Below are positions 24,450-37,369 of a DNA stretch of 64,000 bases, one piece after another. The notes beneath the pieces were generated by a model. The model ran no database searches, was not told where the DNA came from, and worked only from the letters and a program-made list of their open reading frames with translations. The position numbers and the translations under genes were made by a program. Positions within the stretch are counted from its first letter, which is position 1; the number at the start of each line of letters is the position of its first letter. Origin of the DNA: Massalongia carnosa (taxonomy: Eukaryota); assembly GCA_965645245.1 (NCBI GenBank), contig OZ287074.1, positions 620,001-684,000 on the forward strand, given 5' to 3'.

Positions 24450-25242
24450 ATGCAGACCCTTCTTTTTCTTTTGCTCGCAGTCGTTCCTATGGCCATAGCC
24501 AGTCCTCTTGCCAAGAATGCAAACGGACTTGATTCCCTTATTGCAGCCAGAGCGGACTTCAACCTCTTACCCGACGCAAGTTTAGATGCAGATCCCGTCT
24601 TCCCTCTGGACTTCAGTACAAACCCCGGCCAAATTCTGTCAGATGGTTCCAACATAACTTCCGACCAAGAAACTATCCCGGTCGACTCCAACATTAATTC
24701 CGGTCAACTTCTTCACAAGCCTCATAGTCAGGACGGAATCACTCTCGCCAGCTTGAACACTCCAACGGATATCTTGGCTTTCGCCGAGTCTAACCAGCCT
24801 TTTGGATCGACTTTCCCTGGCGAAATTCTCGTCGCCGGGATCTCGAGTCAGTTTAGTTGTAACGACCACAGCGCCGTATGCTGCAGCATCAGCAGCAATG
24901 GGAGAGTGCAGGGCTGCGGCACACGTGGGTGTCCTTTTCCCTCCTTTGAAAGCTTTCCCAAAAGGCAGAAGCTCACGCAGTCACGCGTCGCAGTCCCAAG
25001 CTCCTGCCCAGGAGCCCAAACGTTCTCCTCCTGTTGTAGTTTTTGGAAGAACAAAGATGTACGTTGATTTCTTCGCTGGGTCACCCCCTCCCCACCCTAC
25101 AGCGCCAATCAAAGCAATGGCTAGACGAACCTTTTTCGTCAGGGACTGATCCGGGACTGACGAGGTTTAGGATGATTCGACCTCGAACCAAGATACCTGC
25201 TATTCAGATTGTAGCCTCGTTACCGATGGATGTTCTAGATGA
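24450..25242 (+). CDS. Secreted Cys-rich protein with hydrophobin-like C-CC-C-C-CC-C pattern after a long acidic pro-region
   Basis: Signal peptide MQTLLFLLLAVVPMAIASP; predicted introns 24925-24993 and 25059-25170 give CNDHSAVCC...C...CPGAQTFSSCC...CYSDCSLVTDGCSR*. Confidence 0.65.
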
Positions 25243-25680
25243 TCCCTCCTCGAGAAGAGGGCAAAACGCGCCTGGGTCACGCCTCGTGCGGTAGGCCAGG
25301 ACTGGAGAGACGCGAAGGAGGAGTAATTGGGCCGTTGGCTGAAAAGTAGGTAGATAATCGGTTCGGTTAAACTGCAACGACGCAGAATATGAACCTTTGA
25401 AGCGCTGGCCTACGGTAAAGGTTTGTCGTAGGGATCTTTGTATATATTGTAAAGTATGGTCTGGAAAAAAAACACTGTTTTAATTTCTTGCTTATTCATG
25501 TCATAAAAGGGGGGGGAGATTGACTCATAAGACCATATACAGAGATACACCTATATCCTCTCCGATCATGATTCCTGTAGCATATACCATAAACTTGCTT
25601 GTATATACAACCCTTCAACTCATCAAAGCTCGCGTAGGCACTTCTATACACACTTACTCCTGAAAAGGTTCGGCCCACCA

Positions 25681-26048
25681 CCTACCTACCTACCTATCTA
25701 CCTATCTAGGTAAGTGTAAAATGCTCTCCCATCCGCATCCCCATCCCGCATTCAAGTTTTCCCCCATCATCGTCACTAAATACTTTTGCCACGTTCCCCT
25801 GACCGTCCAGTTTGTCTCGGCCATTTGCTATTTTGTGCACGAAATTGCATTCAGGGGGCAAGGCGATGGGTTTTGTTTTTTTTAAAAGTAGGTATATATG
25901 GTGTTTTGGCATTTTGGTACATGATTAGTAATAACTACATTCCGGTGTTTTGCTTTAGGGGTTTTTGGAGGGGTTCTAGGGAGTAGATATTTATCTCTAT
26001 CTAGGTAGGTAGGTAGGTAGGTAGGTAGGTAGGTAGGTAGATAGATTA
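25681..26048. repeat. (CCTA)n at 25681-25709 and (TAGG)n at 26002-26040: complementary microsatellites in inverted orientation
   Basis: Read directly; a (GAAAAG)n run follows at about 26300-26350. Confidence 0.85.
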
Positions 26049-26633
26049 GATGGTTATATAGATAGCTGATGAATGGATGGGAGGAGGGAGAGAGGGAGAT
26101 AGGATAGAACAGGATGGAACGAGATGAGATATATAGCTATCAAGACATCGATCGAAAGCCTCGCCGAAACGGGGGCTTTTCTTCCTGTTTCGCAATACCT
26201 GTTTTGTCTGTATAGTTTGCTTGCATGTTCGCTTAGTTGCAGGTGTACAAGGTATGTATCATTAGTTAATGTAAGTTAGTAGTAGAGTAAGTTTTAAGTG
26301 GAAAAGGGAAAAGGAAAAGGAAAAGGAAAAAGAAAAAGAAAAAGAAGAAAGAGGGGAGTGAAATGATGAAATGACGAAATGATTAATCGATTATCGGATT
26401 AGATAATTAAGTAACTTTATACATATGAAGTGTATTGTAAGTGTTTGATAAGAAAATTCCAGACAAGTAAACTCCCAAAAACCAGAACCCCCTTCCCATT
26501 TCCCCCTTTCCCTAAACCCCGTTTCCGTAAGTAAACCCCGTTCCCTCCAAAATTTGAGCGATATCCCGCGATCTTCGATTTTTTAAAAAAAAGAACGAAA
26601 AAAGAAATTTGGTCGTCACCTAAGATCGGCTCG

Positions 26634-28637
26634 TTAACCGGTGGTGATCCTAACAGTTTTTGCCACGCTCGGCACGCCGACCGAGTCGAGAGCGAAGAGC
26701 ATCCAGTAGCCCGGGGTGGCGATGCCGGGGTCGTTGGGCACCTTGAAGGTGTAGGTTTGGCCGGCGGCGGTGGAAGCGAGGGCGATGCGTCGCTGGTCGG
26801 TGTTGACGGTGTGGGTGACGGAGGCGTAGCGGATTAGCGCCCAGCTGGCGACGGCGGTGTTGGTGGTGGCGGTGAATGTGTCACCGACGGCGATGCTAGT
26901 ATCGGACACGGAGTTGATGACCGGGCGGGCGGCGCGCTGCTGATCGTTGGTGAATAGGTAGGGGGGGCTGAAGATCTGGCCGTCGTAGTGGTTGAAAGTG
27001 CAGCCTTCACCGCAGAGTCCGCCGCCGCCGTTGAACACGGTTCCGTCAGGAAGCAGCAGGGCGACGCTATGGTAGTTGCGGGGCGATACCATCGGGGCCA
27101 GCTCGGTGAACCTTAACGTGACCGGGTCGAACAGCTCTGGGGTCAAGTTGGAGTTGTAGTCGGTAAAGGATTCAGCGTAGGTTTGACCACCTGTGATGAA
27201 GACCTTGCCGTCGGGCAAAACCACGCTGTTCGCGAAAGAGCGGGCGTATTTCATGGAACCGATGGTGGCGACGGTGGGGATGGTGTTGGGGTTTCCGATG
27301 GTGATGATATGCGCGTTGTTGGTGGCGGGGGACTGCGTATAATCAGGCGCGCCGCCGACGGCGAGAATTTTCCCGTTGAGAGCATCATACATGACAGCAT
27401 TTGCGTTCATCGCGTCCGGATCGTTCGCTCGAAGTCCGGCTGTCTTCTGGCTGCCGGTTCCAGAAGTCCCATACCAGTTCATCGCTCTGCTCGGGCCAGC
27501 TTGAAATACGCTTCCCTGTTTCCATGCAAAAAGCCATGCATGATTGTCTTGCTTGTAAACGCCTTCCTTGTCATGATCAAGCATCGGTCCCACTTTACAG
27601 CCATGCAGCCACGTCCATTTATCTGCAACAGGGTCATAAACCTCACCATCCTTGCCACCCCGGCCACCGGACCAAGAGCCTCCAATGGTGAATATACGTC
27701 CGTCTGATAAGGTCGCCTGAGACTGGTAGCCGCGACCAACATTCATTTGGGCACCCGTAATCCAAGCATCTTTAGCTGGGTCATAAATACTTGTTTGGGG
27801 GGCGTCGTTGCCGCCAGTCACAACGACGCGACCAGAACCATCGACGGAAATGCCTGGGCAGAACATATCGTGCCCGGTATTTGTCACGATGCGCTGCGAC
27901 ACTGCGCCAGATTTCGGGTCGTATGTGGCGGTCACCGTCTTACCGCCTCTGAGTGGTCCGTTAAAGGCAGATGGCGAGTAGGATGACCACACCAGCAATT
28001 TCCCAGAATCATGCTCCACGGCGGCCGCGGCAGGCACCAGGGGGAAATCTATGGTGGGGCTCCATTGGCCTAAACCACCTCCAGGAGGAGCAACGGTTGT
28101 AGCATAAACCTTGATGTCGGAGGCTATTGCCAAATCCCCATCAGTGGCACTGAGCCGCACAAATCTTGCATTTCTGGCAGCAAAGTTTGTTGTCTTGATA
28201 GCGTTGTTATCCCGGTACGTCCCACTCGCAACAGGTGAGCCCCAGTTTGCTCCGTCCAGGCTAAGGTGAATCATGTGCGCTCCGATGTTGCCGCTACTCG
28301 TTTCAGCATTCTGGGGCCTATAAGCAAAACTGTTCACCAAATACGTGGACTTCATATCAATCGTGATGAAGTGAGGCAGAGGCTTGGAGGAAGTGGGCTG
28401 TGATTGCCAGTATGTATCAGCATTGCCGTCAAGAACTTTGGCTGGCTCAAAACCATCCACAAAGCTGTCAGCAGTAGCAGTCCAGCCCTTCTTGTCGATT
28501 GCCGCCGTACCGACAACCGGTGTAGCTAGGCCCACGGGTACATCGGCGGCGACAACAAGCCTTGGTGAAGATGCAATAGTAATCGTGCATAGCTGCAATA
28601 ACCTGAATTTCCATGTTGAATTAAAGGAGGTGAACAT
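26634..28637 (-). CDS. Galactose-oxidase-family copper radical oxidase (CAZy AA5_2) with N-terminal CBM32/F5-8 domain, intronless
   Basis: HDMFCPG (Cys), RGYQS (Tyr), GGSWSG (Trp), RNYHS (Tyr/His), THTVNTDQRR (His), PGYWMLF; kelch repeats; N-terminal signal-like segment. Confidence 0.95.
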   Translation of the reverse strand: MFTSFNSTWKFRLLQLCTITIASSPRLVVAADVPVGLATPVVGTAAIDKKGWTATADSFVDGFEPAKVLDGNADTYWQSQPTSSKPLPHFITIDMKSTYLVNSFAYRPQNAETSSGNIGAHMIHLSLDGANWGSPVASGTYRDNNAIKTTNFAARNARFVRLSATDGDLAIASDIKVYATTVAPPGGGLGQWSPTIDFPLVPAAAAVEHDSGKLLVWSSYSPSAFNGPLRGGKTVTATYDPKSGAVSQRIVTNTGHDMFCPGISVDGSGRVVVTGGNDAPQTSIYDPAKDAWITGAQMNVGRGYQSQATLSDGRIFTIGGSWSGGRGGKDGEVYDPVADKWTWLHGCKVGPMLDHDKEGVYKQDNHAWLFAWKQGSVFQAGPSRAMNWYGTSGTGSQKTAGLRANDPDAMNANAVMYDALNGKILAVGGAPDYTQSPATNNAHIITIGNPNTIPTVATIGSMKYARSFANSVVLPDGKVFITGGQTYAESFTDYNSNLTPELFDPVTLRFTELAPMVSPRNYHSVALLLPDGTVFNGGGGLCGEGCTFNHYDGQIFSPPYLFTNDQQRAARPVINSVSDTSIAVGDTFTATTNTAVASWALIRYASVTHTVNTDQRRIALASTAAGQTYTFKVPNDPGIATPGYWMLFALDSVGVPSVAKTVRITTG

Positions 28638-31600
28638 GATTCTTTAAGCAAGTATTGAATAGTTAGATAGACCAAAGCTATGGACGTCACCGAAGAAGAA
28701 CCGGTGTACTGAGGATAAGGAGCGTTGCTACTACTAGTTGTTGATTGTAAATGGAAGCAGACAGAGATATCATGGAGATGATCAAGCCTTTACTTATAAG
28801 AAGCATTCAGAAGGGATATAAACGCACTCATTGGTGCCAAGCAGAAATTTGAGAACGAAAAGAACGGAGCATCAAGCAGGAACCAGTCAATGCAACTGTG
28901 ACCACAAGCTATACAGAACTAAATAGGAAGCTCAAAAAGAACCTAACTGCCCGTATCTGCAAAGCTATTGAAATCATAAAATTCCTTAGAAACTAGCACA
29001 AGGGAAGCTCTGCTGGAGCTGATGGAGCCGCTGGTGCTGGTGTAACTGCTCCAGCAATCCAGATATCTCAACCGAGCGACCATTTCTTGCCGATGCGGTG
29101 TTACATTTGTCTCCCTCTTGCTGAGAGTTGATGCTCCCCGGAGATTGGTGAGGTCTGGTGATGTGTTTTTGCCACCTCAACCTGCGAAAGTCACGATGGC
29201 AACAGCTGCAAACCTTGACCACCCTGGCGCCACATACCCTGTTACGGTAAGAGGACAATCTGGAGCAAACAGACGAGCCAGTTGCCGATGATACCAGCGA
29301 GGACAATTTGCCGCGAGCCATTACGCCGTCAACGCGACAAATCTCCGTAGTCTTTGTTCCCATTGTACCGTTCCCGAGATCACACGAGTCACCCTAGGTA
29401 GTAGCCGGTGAGATCTATTATTTAGTCATCAACGAACGTTGTAGCAAACTATTATAATGCATGGCACAGAACCGCGAGCTTCCTGATCGAGCCAGGGATC
29501 ATGGTCGTTCTGGGAGGATTTGGGCATGGCCAATTTCGGGGTTCGTTGGTTGCATGGAATCGTCAAGGTCATCACTCATTGGCCTGGTGGACCCTGCAGA
29601 CGGGATAGGCACAGAGAAAAAATTGAGATCAGAGAAGCGAAATTCAAGCCAAGAAGGAGGCCGCCCTATCCCTTCCAAACCCTGAGAAAAGGTGAATGTC
29701 GACCGCCGCCACCAAAACCACCCTGATGGGCGTAGAGGCTCGCTAGCCATCTTGGGAAGGTGTTTACCAGGTGTGCGCGGTCGTGAGCCGTTTGATAGAT
29801 TTTATTCTACTCTAGACGATCTCATAGCTGTTCAGCATCGGAAGAATAGGATGACTTGGCGATTGCAGTCAGTCTGCTGCTGTGCCAGGAGCGCGCTTTC
29901 GTTTATGTTGAATCCTTTCTAGACTGCAGAAAATGCTCACTGAGGTGACACCATCATCTGTAAAACATGTCAGAAAGCCTGAACATCAAGAGCTGGCTAT
30001 CCTGCTCGGAGTCGGTGAAGCTCACGATTTTTCGGATCCCACGCGTCTTTCTCGACTGGTAACTATTCGTGCCTCTCAAGCTCATGAACGCATCCCACTC
30101 TTCCCCGAACCGAAAAGTGCCCTTGCAGCATCATCAGCATGCGGGGGGGAATGGCCACGAGCAACACCAATAGCTAAGTGTGGCCTGTTGTCGAAAGGGC
30201 GTTGAGCTTACGACGGAGTCGACGCCTTCCCGTACTCGTCCGGCATCAAGATGGATGGGATGATTAGTGGCATTGATACTTTTCTTCCTGCATTTATGGG
30301 TCCTTTAGCAAGTCATGTGGAGAAACAATCTCGCCCTGTTCGGCAATCCTTCAGTACCCTTGCCAACACCACTTGATGCTAATCCATTGAGCCCCCAATC
30401 GAAAACTTTCTTCTGGACCTTATGTATGATACTTTGCCATTTTGCTCCAATCGCGTAACTATCGAGCCACCAAAGCCACTCTTCCCCGCAATCAAAAAAT
30501 AGACCTCGCCGGCGCAAGCCTACTTGCTAGGCTCGGTGTCTAATCTCATCAGAGGCTCTTCGATAGCTTTCAACAAAAAAAACCCCCCTACAGGGAACGA
30601 TATCGCCATTGCGTGATCGAAAAACACCTTTACTCTAGCATCTTACTCTCAAAAGCCCCCAAAAAGCCTCGAATCCATCTGAAGAGATCATGCATGTACA
30701 TATGCATGATGCATAATCAGGTTATTCTCCTATTGTTTCCTTGCAAGGATTTCTTCTCTCCGCTATTCTTTCTACACACCTCTCATCTTCTATCCAAGTG
30801 CCTACTTTTCTCTTCTACTACGTCCGTGCCAGGTTGTGACCAACACATTTGATCTTCGGATCTAGTCAGTCCGGAGGAAGAAATCCCTGAGTTATCCGCT
30901 TGGCTATGTAGCCCCAGAACCGGTGTAGAACGCGTTTGGTACGAAAGGTGCTCACATCAAGAGGGGGAAGGCACCTTACGTAGGCAAATTTACAAGCTTT
31001 AGGAAGCGATTTAACCATTCCAGTTCATCAAGTATTTCACAGCTCCCGGTCCGTCCACCTGCATTGCGCATGGGATCCGATGACCGTCGACTCCAGTAAG
31101 ACTCGGGCCGCCCGCAAGGCACAGCAATGCCGCCTGCACGTCGAAGCAAAACAACCATCCCTATGGCCTCCATCTCCACTCATTCGGCCAATCTTCAACT
31201 TTCTAATACTCGAACCAGAAATTGACCGAGCATTGACTAAGAGTTTATGGAGATGAAGGCAAACACCACCAAATATCCTATTCCCTCCTTGTTACCATAC
31301 CTCTTCCCCGGTATCGCCTCGCCCAAGAGCAGAAATCCTGCAGAAAAGATCGGGTAATAGATATGGAGAGCGTTGTAGGAAAGTAGACAGACGGAAGGCG
31401 GGAAGGTAAAAGATAGATGATGGTAGAGGAGTAAAGAGGAGTAATGTTACATGCTAACATGAAAACCTCGATGAATGAAAGTCATTGGAATAATAGACAA
31501 CTCTGTACTCACTTGAAGTAAAAATTTCATGCGTAGGCTTATGGTCAAAACAAAAACAGCAGTACCCAATCGCTTTCTAACAACGTTCCCTTCCTTCATC

Positions 31601-31867
31601 ATCTTTCGAATAAATGAGCAAGAAATCAATCCTTTGATGGCTCTCGACGAATAACGTTACTTGCCTAATCGCTTAGTGAAAGCAACTCCTTAATTCAACC
31701 AACGGGCGAACAGAGGAACGCGAAGAACCGCAGCCGGGAATTCCGGTCCTAGTTACCGGACTTTATTTTAAAAAAAAAACAACTCACCTCATGAACTTAA
31801 ATGGCCCCAAAACTCCTGTGTCTATTTGCGACCTTTCATCATCTATCTTAATACGCGCAGTTGGGTA

Positions 31868-34800
31868 TCATATCGCACTTCCTCCTTCCCCTCCTAGCCC
31901 CACTTCCCCACTCGCTCCCTCATCCCCAAGACCCTCGCAATCACAACCGAACCGCCGCCGAAACTCAAACGGTAGCAAGCCCTCTAACAAGCGAACCGCC
32001 TTCTCGCTTGCCTTGACCTTGGCGTTTTTCCCTGACGAGGCGCTGGCGTCGGTAATAATTTCGTCGTGAATCATGACCACGGCGACGATAGGGGCCGGGA
32101 GACCGGCAGAGGCGGGTAGCAGGGAAGGGAGCTTGTTGGCCATGAGGCGGTAATTAGAGCAGCCGAAAGTATTTGTAAGGCGGTTGTGGAGGAGGGTCTG
32201 CGCCGGGAATGTGATTAGTGATTAGGTTCACGTGCTCGAGGGATGGTTGCCCAGGCAGGAATGAACTCACGGTGGGATGGCTGTTAGCGAAGGTGTCGTA
32301 AATGCTCATGTCTTCAAAGAACCAGCGGATGTGAACGTCAAAGAAGCGTTCTACTTCTGCAAAGTTGAACTCGGAATCTACGAAGATGGCACCGATGTAG
32401 GCTTCGATTACGTCGGAGAGGCACTAGGAGTATATTTAGACGGAAGAATTCAAGCGAGAGTTCGATTATATGCTTACCTTTGGGGGATTTTTCGTAGCCA
32501 ACCAGTAATCACGAGAGCCGTTTGAGTCCGCTTCGGCTTCTTGGATCTCTGCAACGTATTCTCGGTTTTGCCTTTCGACCACTTTGCCGCCAAATCTGAC
32601 ATGCTTATTAAATCCCAGTTTGGCCGACAAGGCTGCCAAGAACTTATTGGAGACCATTGCCATCTAAATACGTCAAAAACCAAAGAGGCAGCAAATTATT
32701 TATCACAAAAACGTACCTTGTGCTCTGTCAACCACTGTGGATCTTGAGCAGGATGGCGATGGAATAAAAAGTTGATGGAAGCCATGTCGAGAAGGGAATC
32801 TCCTAAGAACTCCAACCGCTGGTAGCAGGGTATCTTATCGGACCATGAAGATGGAAGGGAAGGATGAATGAAGGCGGATTGTAGTAAGCGGGGATACTTA
32901 AAGTGATAGTTGTGCTTCAGCTCGATTTTTGCTGCCAGATCAAGATGAGCGGCCGAGCACTCAGCAGTTTGATATCGTGGTTTTTTGTACAGCCGGTAGT
33001 AGTCTGCCCATTCGGAAATGTCGTGATCTGGGCTTGATACTAGCGCTGTGACTGCTTTCACCGCCATATCCATGTTATTCGTATCCCTGTATGAGAGCAA
33101 AGCGGCGCCAATCAGTGCTTCACACACATCTGCAATACTTTTGTCGCCAAGAGCATGTTTTTGAATATCGACGCCTGTTTTGGTGTGCCCCTTGCCTTTG
33201 AGAAGTTTGATACCTTGCGGATACCAATTACGTCTATACGTGTCAGAAGAACCTTTCAAGACCACAAATGCGAATTACCTTGAAAATCCAATACTTCGAA
33301 TGTACTGGTATAGCTCTTTCTTGATTGCAGTTCCGAACAGGTTTTTATTGCAGATTAGCAACATTCTTTTGACATGATATTCATACTCGTTGTTATCTGG
33401 ATTTTGAGCAAAAAGAGAGATAGAAGTTGCCATCTTCAAGAAGCAATCGCCGATGAATTCAAGTCTTTCGTAATTCTTGCCCATCCCTCGCTGAACATGG
33501 ATTTGTTGTTCCCGATGCTCCTCTGTATTGTCCGAGTCTTTCGTTATTGCCTCGAGAGCAAGAGATGGATGCAATTTTAGGCCGAACAGGCCACATACCT
33601 CTAGTGAAATGAGGTAGGATTCAACTCTAGTCAATACAGCGGGAAACAAGTAAGCCATGGAAGCTACAGTGGTAGGCAACTAGAAAACCGTTATCAGAAC
33701 CGGTTATTAGGCGGATATGGTTGTTTTTCAAGTTTTGCTTACTGCTGATATTAATAGCGGCTCTGGACAGATATAGCTGATAGTGTTCTGTCCTTTTTCT
33801 TTTTCGGAGTAGTCGTCCAGCCAGTTAAGACGATGAGATACAGTGTGAGCTAAGACCACTGGCTGGTCTTGGGACCAATGAGCCCTTTCTCTAGACTTTT
33901 TGAAGAGGGTGACACTATATTCAAGTATGCTTTGCATGTATTTATGAGTTACAGCATCAGCAGGCACAGGGTCGTCGGGTCGAAGTTCGGGTACTACACG
34001 GACGGAGAAAAATCGTCTTCCACCACTCCATTTATCGACAAGATAACGGTTGGCAAGATAGCTATGCGGTTTAGCCTGATCCCATCCAAGCTGCTCTTGT
34101 GTATAGACATCTTTTACAGTCCGCCAATCAATGAACGTTTCAGGCGACTGCTCTTCCTGGCGAATATTTTGATATTCGAGAATAGGGGCAAGCCAATATG
34201 ACATGTTCGGTATATTTTCTTCGAATTCCTTATTGAAAACATCTTTGTAGATCCGAAGAGTGAAACCATTTAACTCTGCGAGAGTGGAGCCTACCAGGTT
34301 TATGCTCTTTAAAATAGACGTGCAAAGCATCTGCGAGGTTTTCCCGACCTGTAGATAAAGCGGAATGGCTGGGAGCTCTGGTAAAGGCGTCCTTGTCAAG
34401 AGCGCAAGCGGTTGATATGGTCTTCCGAGATCGTTGGCAGTTTCCAGATGAAAGACAGTCATGAACAGTTCTGTAGGTAAAGAACCTCTTGTCTGTTCCC
34501 ACAAGCTGGGTTTGATTTTCAAGAGGTATGAGTTGCTCTGTTTCATGTTAAGAGCTAAATGGGCATTTCTCATTGCAGGTAATTGTTTATGGTACGTCGG
34601 AATAAGATTACTGTCCAAATGCCCACCCTTCCGAAGTAGTAAACATGCTTCAAAAGCAGCTGATCTTTTCGCAATCGACTTCCTCGACGCCGGACGTCCG
34701 GTAGCAGATAACACAGGCGAATTCTCAGGAAGTATGACTTCACAAACATACTCTTTGTTTTCGACCGTCATGACGAAGTTTGCTTGAAATGCTGCGTCGC

Positions 34801-37369
34801 TTTGATGTGGCTTTACAACGTTAGTAGAAACCCGGTCGTGGTTTCTAGGAGACTTTACCAAGCAACCCAAGAAATGAGCTAGAACAACGAGACTTGACCC
34901 GTAGGTTAGCGTAGCGCCCGTGATGGGGTCAACATATTTCCTCATCGAACGCTCTTTCGCCAGAGCAGTATTGATGTCGTAGTCATTGCCCTGTAATAAT
35001 CGATCCGCTGGGAGGGCTTCGCAAAAACGCCGCATTACGTCCTATTAAGACTCAGTGCTGGTCGCAGGTGATACTTTGAAAACCTACTTCGCCCGTACGG
35101 ACGTCAGTGATGGCTTGCAGATGTAGCCTATTATCTTTTTCCATCATGTGTATATACTATACTCTATTAGCTCTTGCCATGTTCCGGGTGTTGTGACAAT
35201 ACCCTAGAATTTGCATGCCGTGCTCGACCCCTGCTTTGGATATATTGAATCAAGGTAGCATAGAGATCAAATCTGGCACGTGAAGATGAAAATCTATGGC
35301 TATATATAGAATAATCTCTTCTCACCTAATCACCAGGTTACAGTCTGGAATATCAAGCCCCTCTTCTGCTATAGATGTAGCCACCTGCTACTCGTTAGAT
35401 CCAAGGCGTCACCGAGGCCCCAAGACTCACAAGACAGTTGATCTCTCCTTTTCTGAACTTGTTGAGAGCAAGTACTTGCTGTCGGAAACTGATCTTCAAA
35501 TCTCCTGGTTCTCCATATCGAGTACCGATGAGCAGACCAATTCGAAGACTTGCTGTCCCGATTTGAGCGAAAAGCTCCCCTAGAAGCCTTGCTGTATATC
35601 GCTTTTTGACAAAGATTATGCATTTTGCATCAGAAGGCTTTTCAAAGATGAGCGCCAAGTACCTCTGTAATAGCGAAACCTTAGGACTAAGACTATTACC
35701 CGCAGATGTGGGCGGAGGGAATGTCCAGCCAGCGACAAATCGTTTCGCCTCCCGTAACCGAGCTAATTCTGCATCCAGTTGTTGAATAGGGCGAGTATCT
35801 CTGGCAGAATCGAAAATCCGCTCCACCTTCCTTTCAACTTTAATCACTTCTTCCTCTGCAAGTGCTAAGGCCCAGACGCGATCAGCACACCAATCTCCAA
35901 GATGGGATGTGGCTTCCCGGGAGAATTCGAATAATTTCGATAAGGCCTCTATCTTGCCAAACTTAGCCTCCAAGGCAGCACCGAGGAGAGTTCGATACGG
36001 GTGGCAGAGTTTCTCATATACTGCAATACTTTCATTCGGGCGACTAATCGACATGCGCAGGAGCGACAAATCTGAGGCGGTGGCAATCTGGCAGTGTAGC
36101 ATGGCTTCTAGTTCTCTTCAAGATCGTCAACGAAGGTACAGGCACGGTCTAGGTATGTGTTACCAACTTTGCTGCCTTAACTACGTCTTCTCTTGCATCC
36201 ACAGGAGAAGCGGTCATGCCAAAAACTTTCGGACGTCTTGAGAGGTCGTTTTCTGTAATATAAAAGTCCTTAATAATCCTATTAAAGTTTAGTCTAGATA
36301 ACGGAAGGAAGGTGATGTTTCTAAAGACCTGGCATATGCATGATTTTTCTTTGCATGGTGCGCCTCGTCAAAAATCAGCAGATTTATTTGGTCGATGGTG
36401 ATGAAGGAATGCATCAGACATTGGTGTAGTATTTCAGCGGTGCAGACAATAACCATATTTTCAGCAAAATGCTTTTCCCAGGTCTTCTTCTCCCAGAGAT
36501 CACATCCCATCGCACCACAAAAACGTTCTACTTTATGGCTCAGGTTGCTTTCTAGTACAGCGAACTGTTGAAAAACAAGAGTCACGCAGTCAACCTGCGA
36601 GAGTGTCAGCACCACAAGCGACGAGGTCGGAATCAATTAAGCTGACAAGGAAAAAAGCAATCCGAGGTTTATTGCCGCTCATTCGATGCTCCAACTCCTT
36701 GTCAAGCATATACCTTAGCAACAAAACCGCTATCAGAGTTTTTCCAGACCCTAGAGAAAAGTCAGTATATATAAGAGAACCCAAAACCGTGTCTAGGTGG
36801 TAAACCGGTGTCAAGGACCGCTATTATATTCTGTTGCTTGGCTTTCTCGAAAAGCTCCATTTGATACTCCCTTGCATCGTTGATGAGCACTGTTGATTCT
36901 TGCTTGGACATGAGGGTCCGAATGGAAAGCGCCTCATCATCCGCCGTCTGAACGGCCGCCTGCACTTCCTCGTTGGTAACCTTCTCTGCATGCTTGGATA
37001 GCCTATCATAATATTAAAAGCCTGAAGATGGGATATAATGACCTGGGCCACTGACCAGGACGAGAATGTCTTGTCCTGAGTTTTCTTTCGGTCTGACGCT
37101 AGCGGTTGCCGTATTGTATCATCGTCATCAGGTTCGGAGTCTGTGTCTGTAACATTTTCCTCGGCCTCCTCGTCCACAGGACTTGATTCTACAGTAGCTA
37201 GTTTGATTGGCCCTCGGAGGGACAATTTATTCACCGCATCGATGCTCATGAGCATATCAGGTTCACTTTCGGAGACTGTTAGTGTATTCGTTGGATGTTG
37301 GGAGATTTTTTTGAAGTCCAAGAGGCCAGATCCCAAACAGGTCATGTCGTCTCCTAGCAAAGGATCCAT
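31868..37369 (-). CDS. DCL1: Dicer-like protein 1 (multi-exon)
   Basis: [28 protein letters not shown], helicase C ([18 protein letters not shown]), dimerisation domain, RNase IIIa [10 protein letters not shown], RNase IIIb YQRLEFLGD, dsRBD with GCS/H/CDC zinc ligands; more than 10 short GT-AG introns. Confidence 0.93.

Noticed and set aside
25155..25190. CTGACGA...hairpin...GAAC resembling a hammerhead ribozyme core
   Set aside because: Lacks GAAA and stems I/III; CTGAC is explained as the intron branch point
30845..31140. Tetraloop-like hairpins (GATC-TTCG-GATC, AAGGTGC/GCACCTT, GCAA) suggesting a structured ncRNA
   Set aside because: Stems are short and no RNase P/MRP, SRP, snRNA, telomerase or TPP-riboswitch motifs were seen; an Infernal/Rfam scan would be decisive
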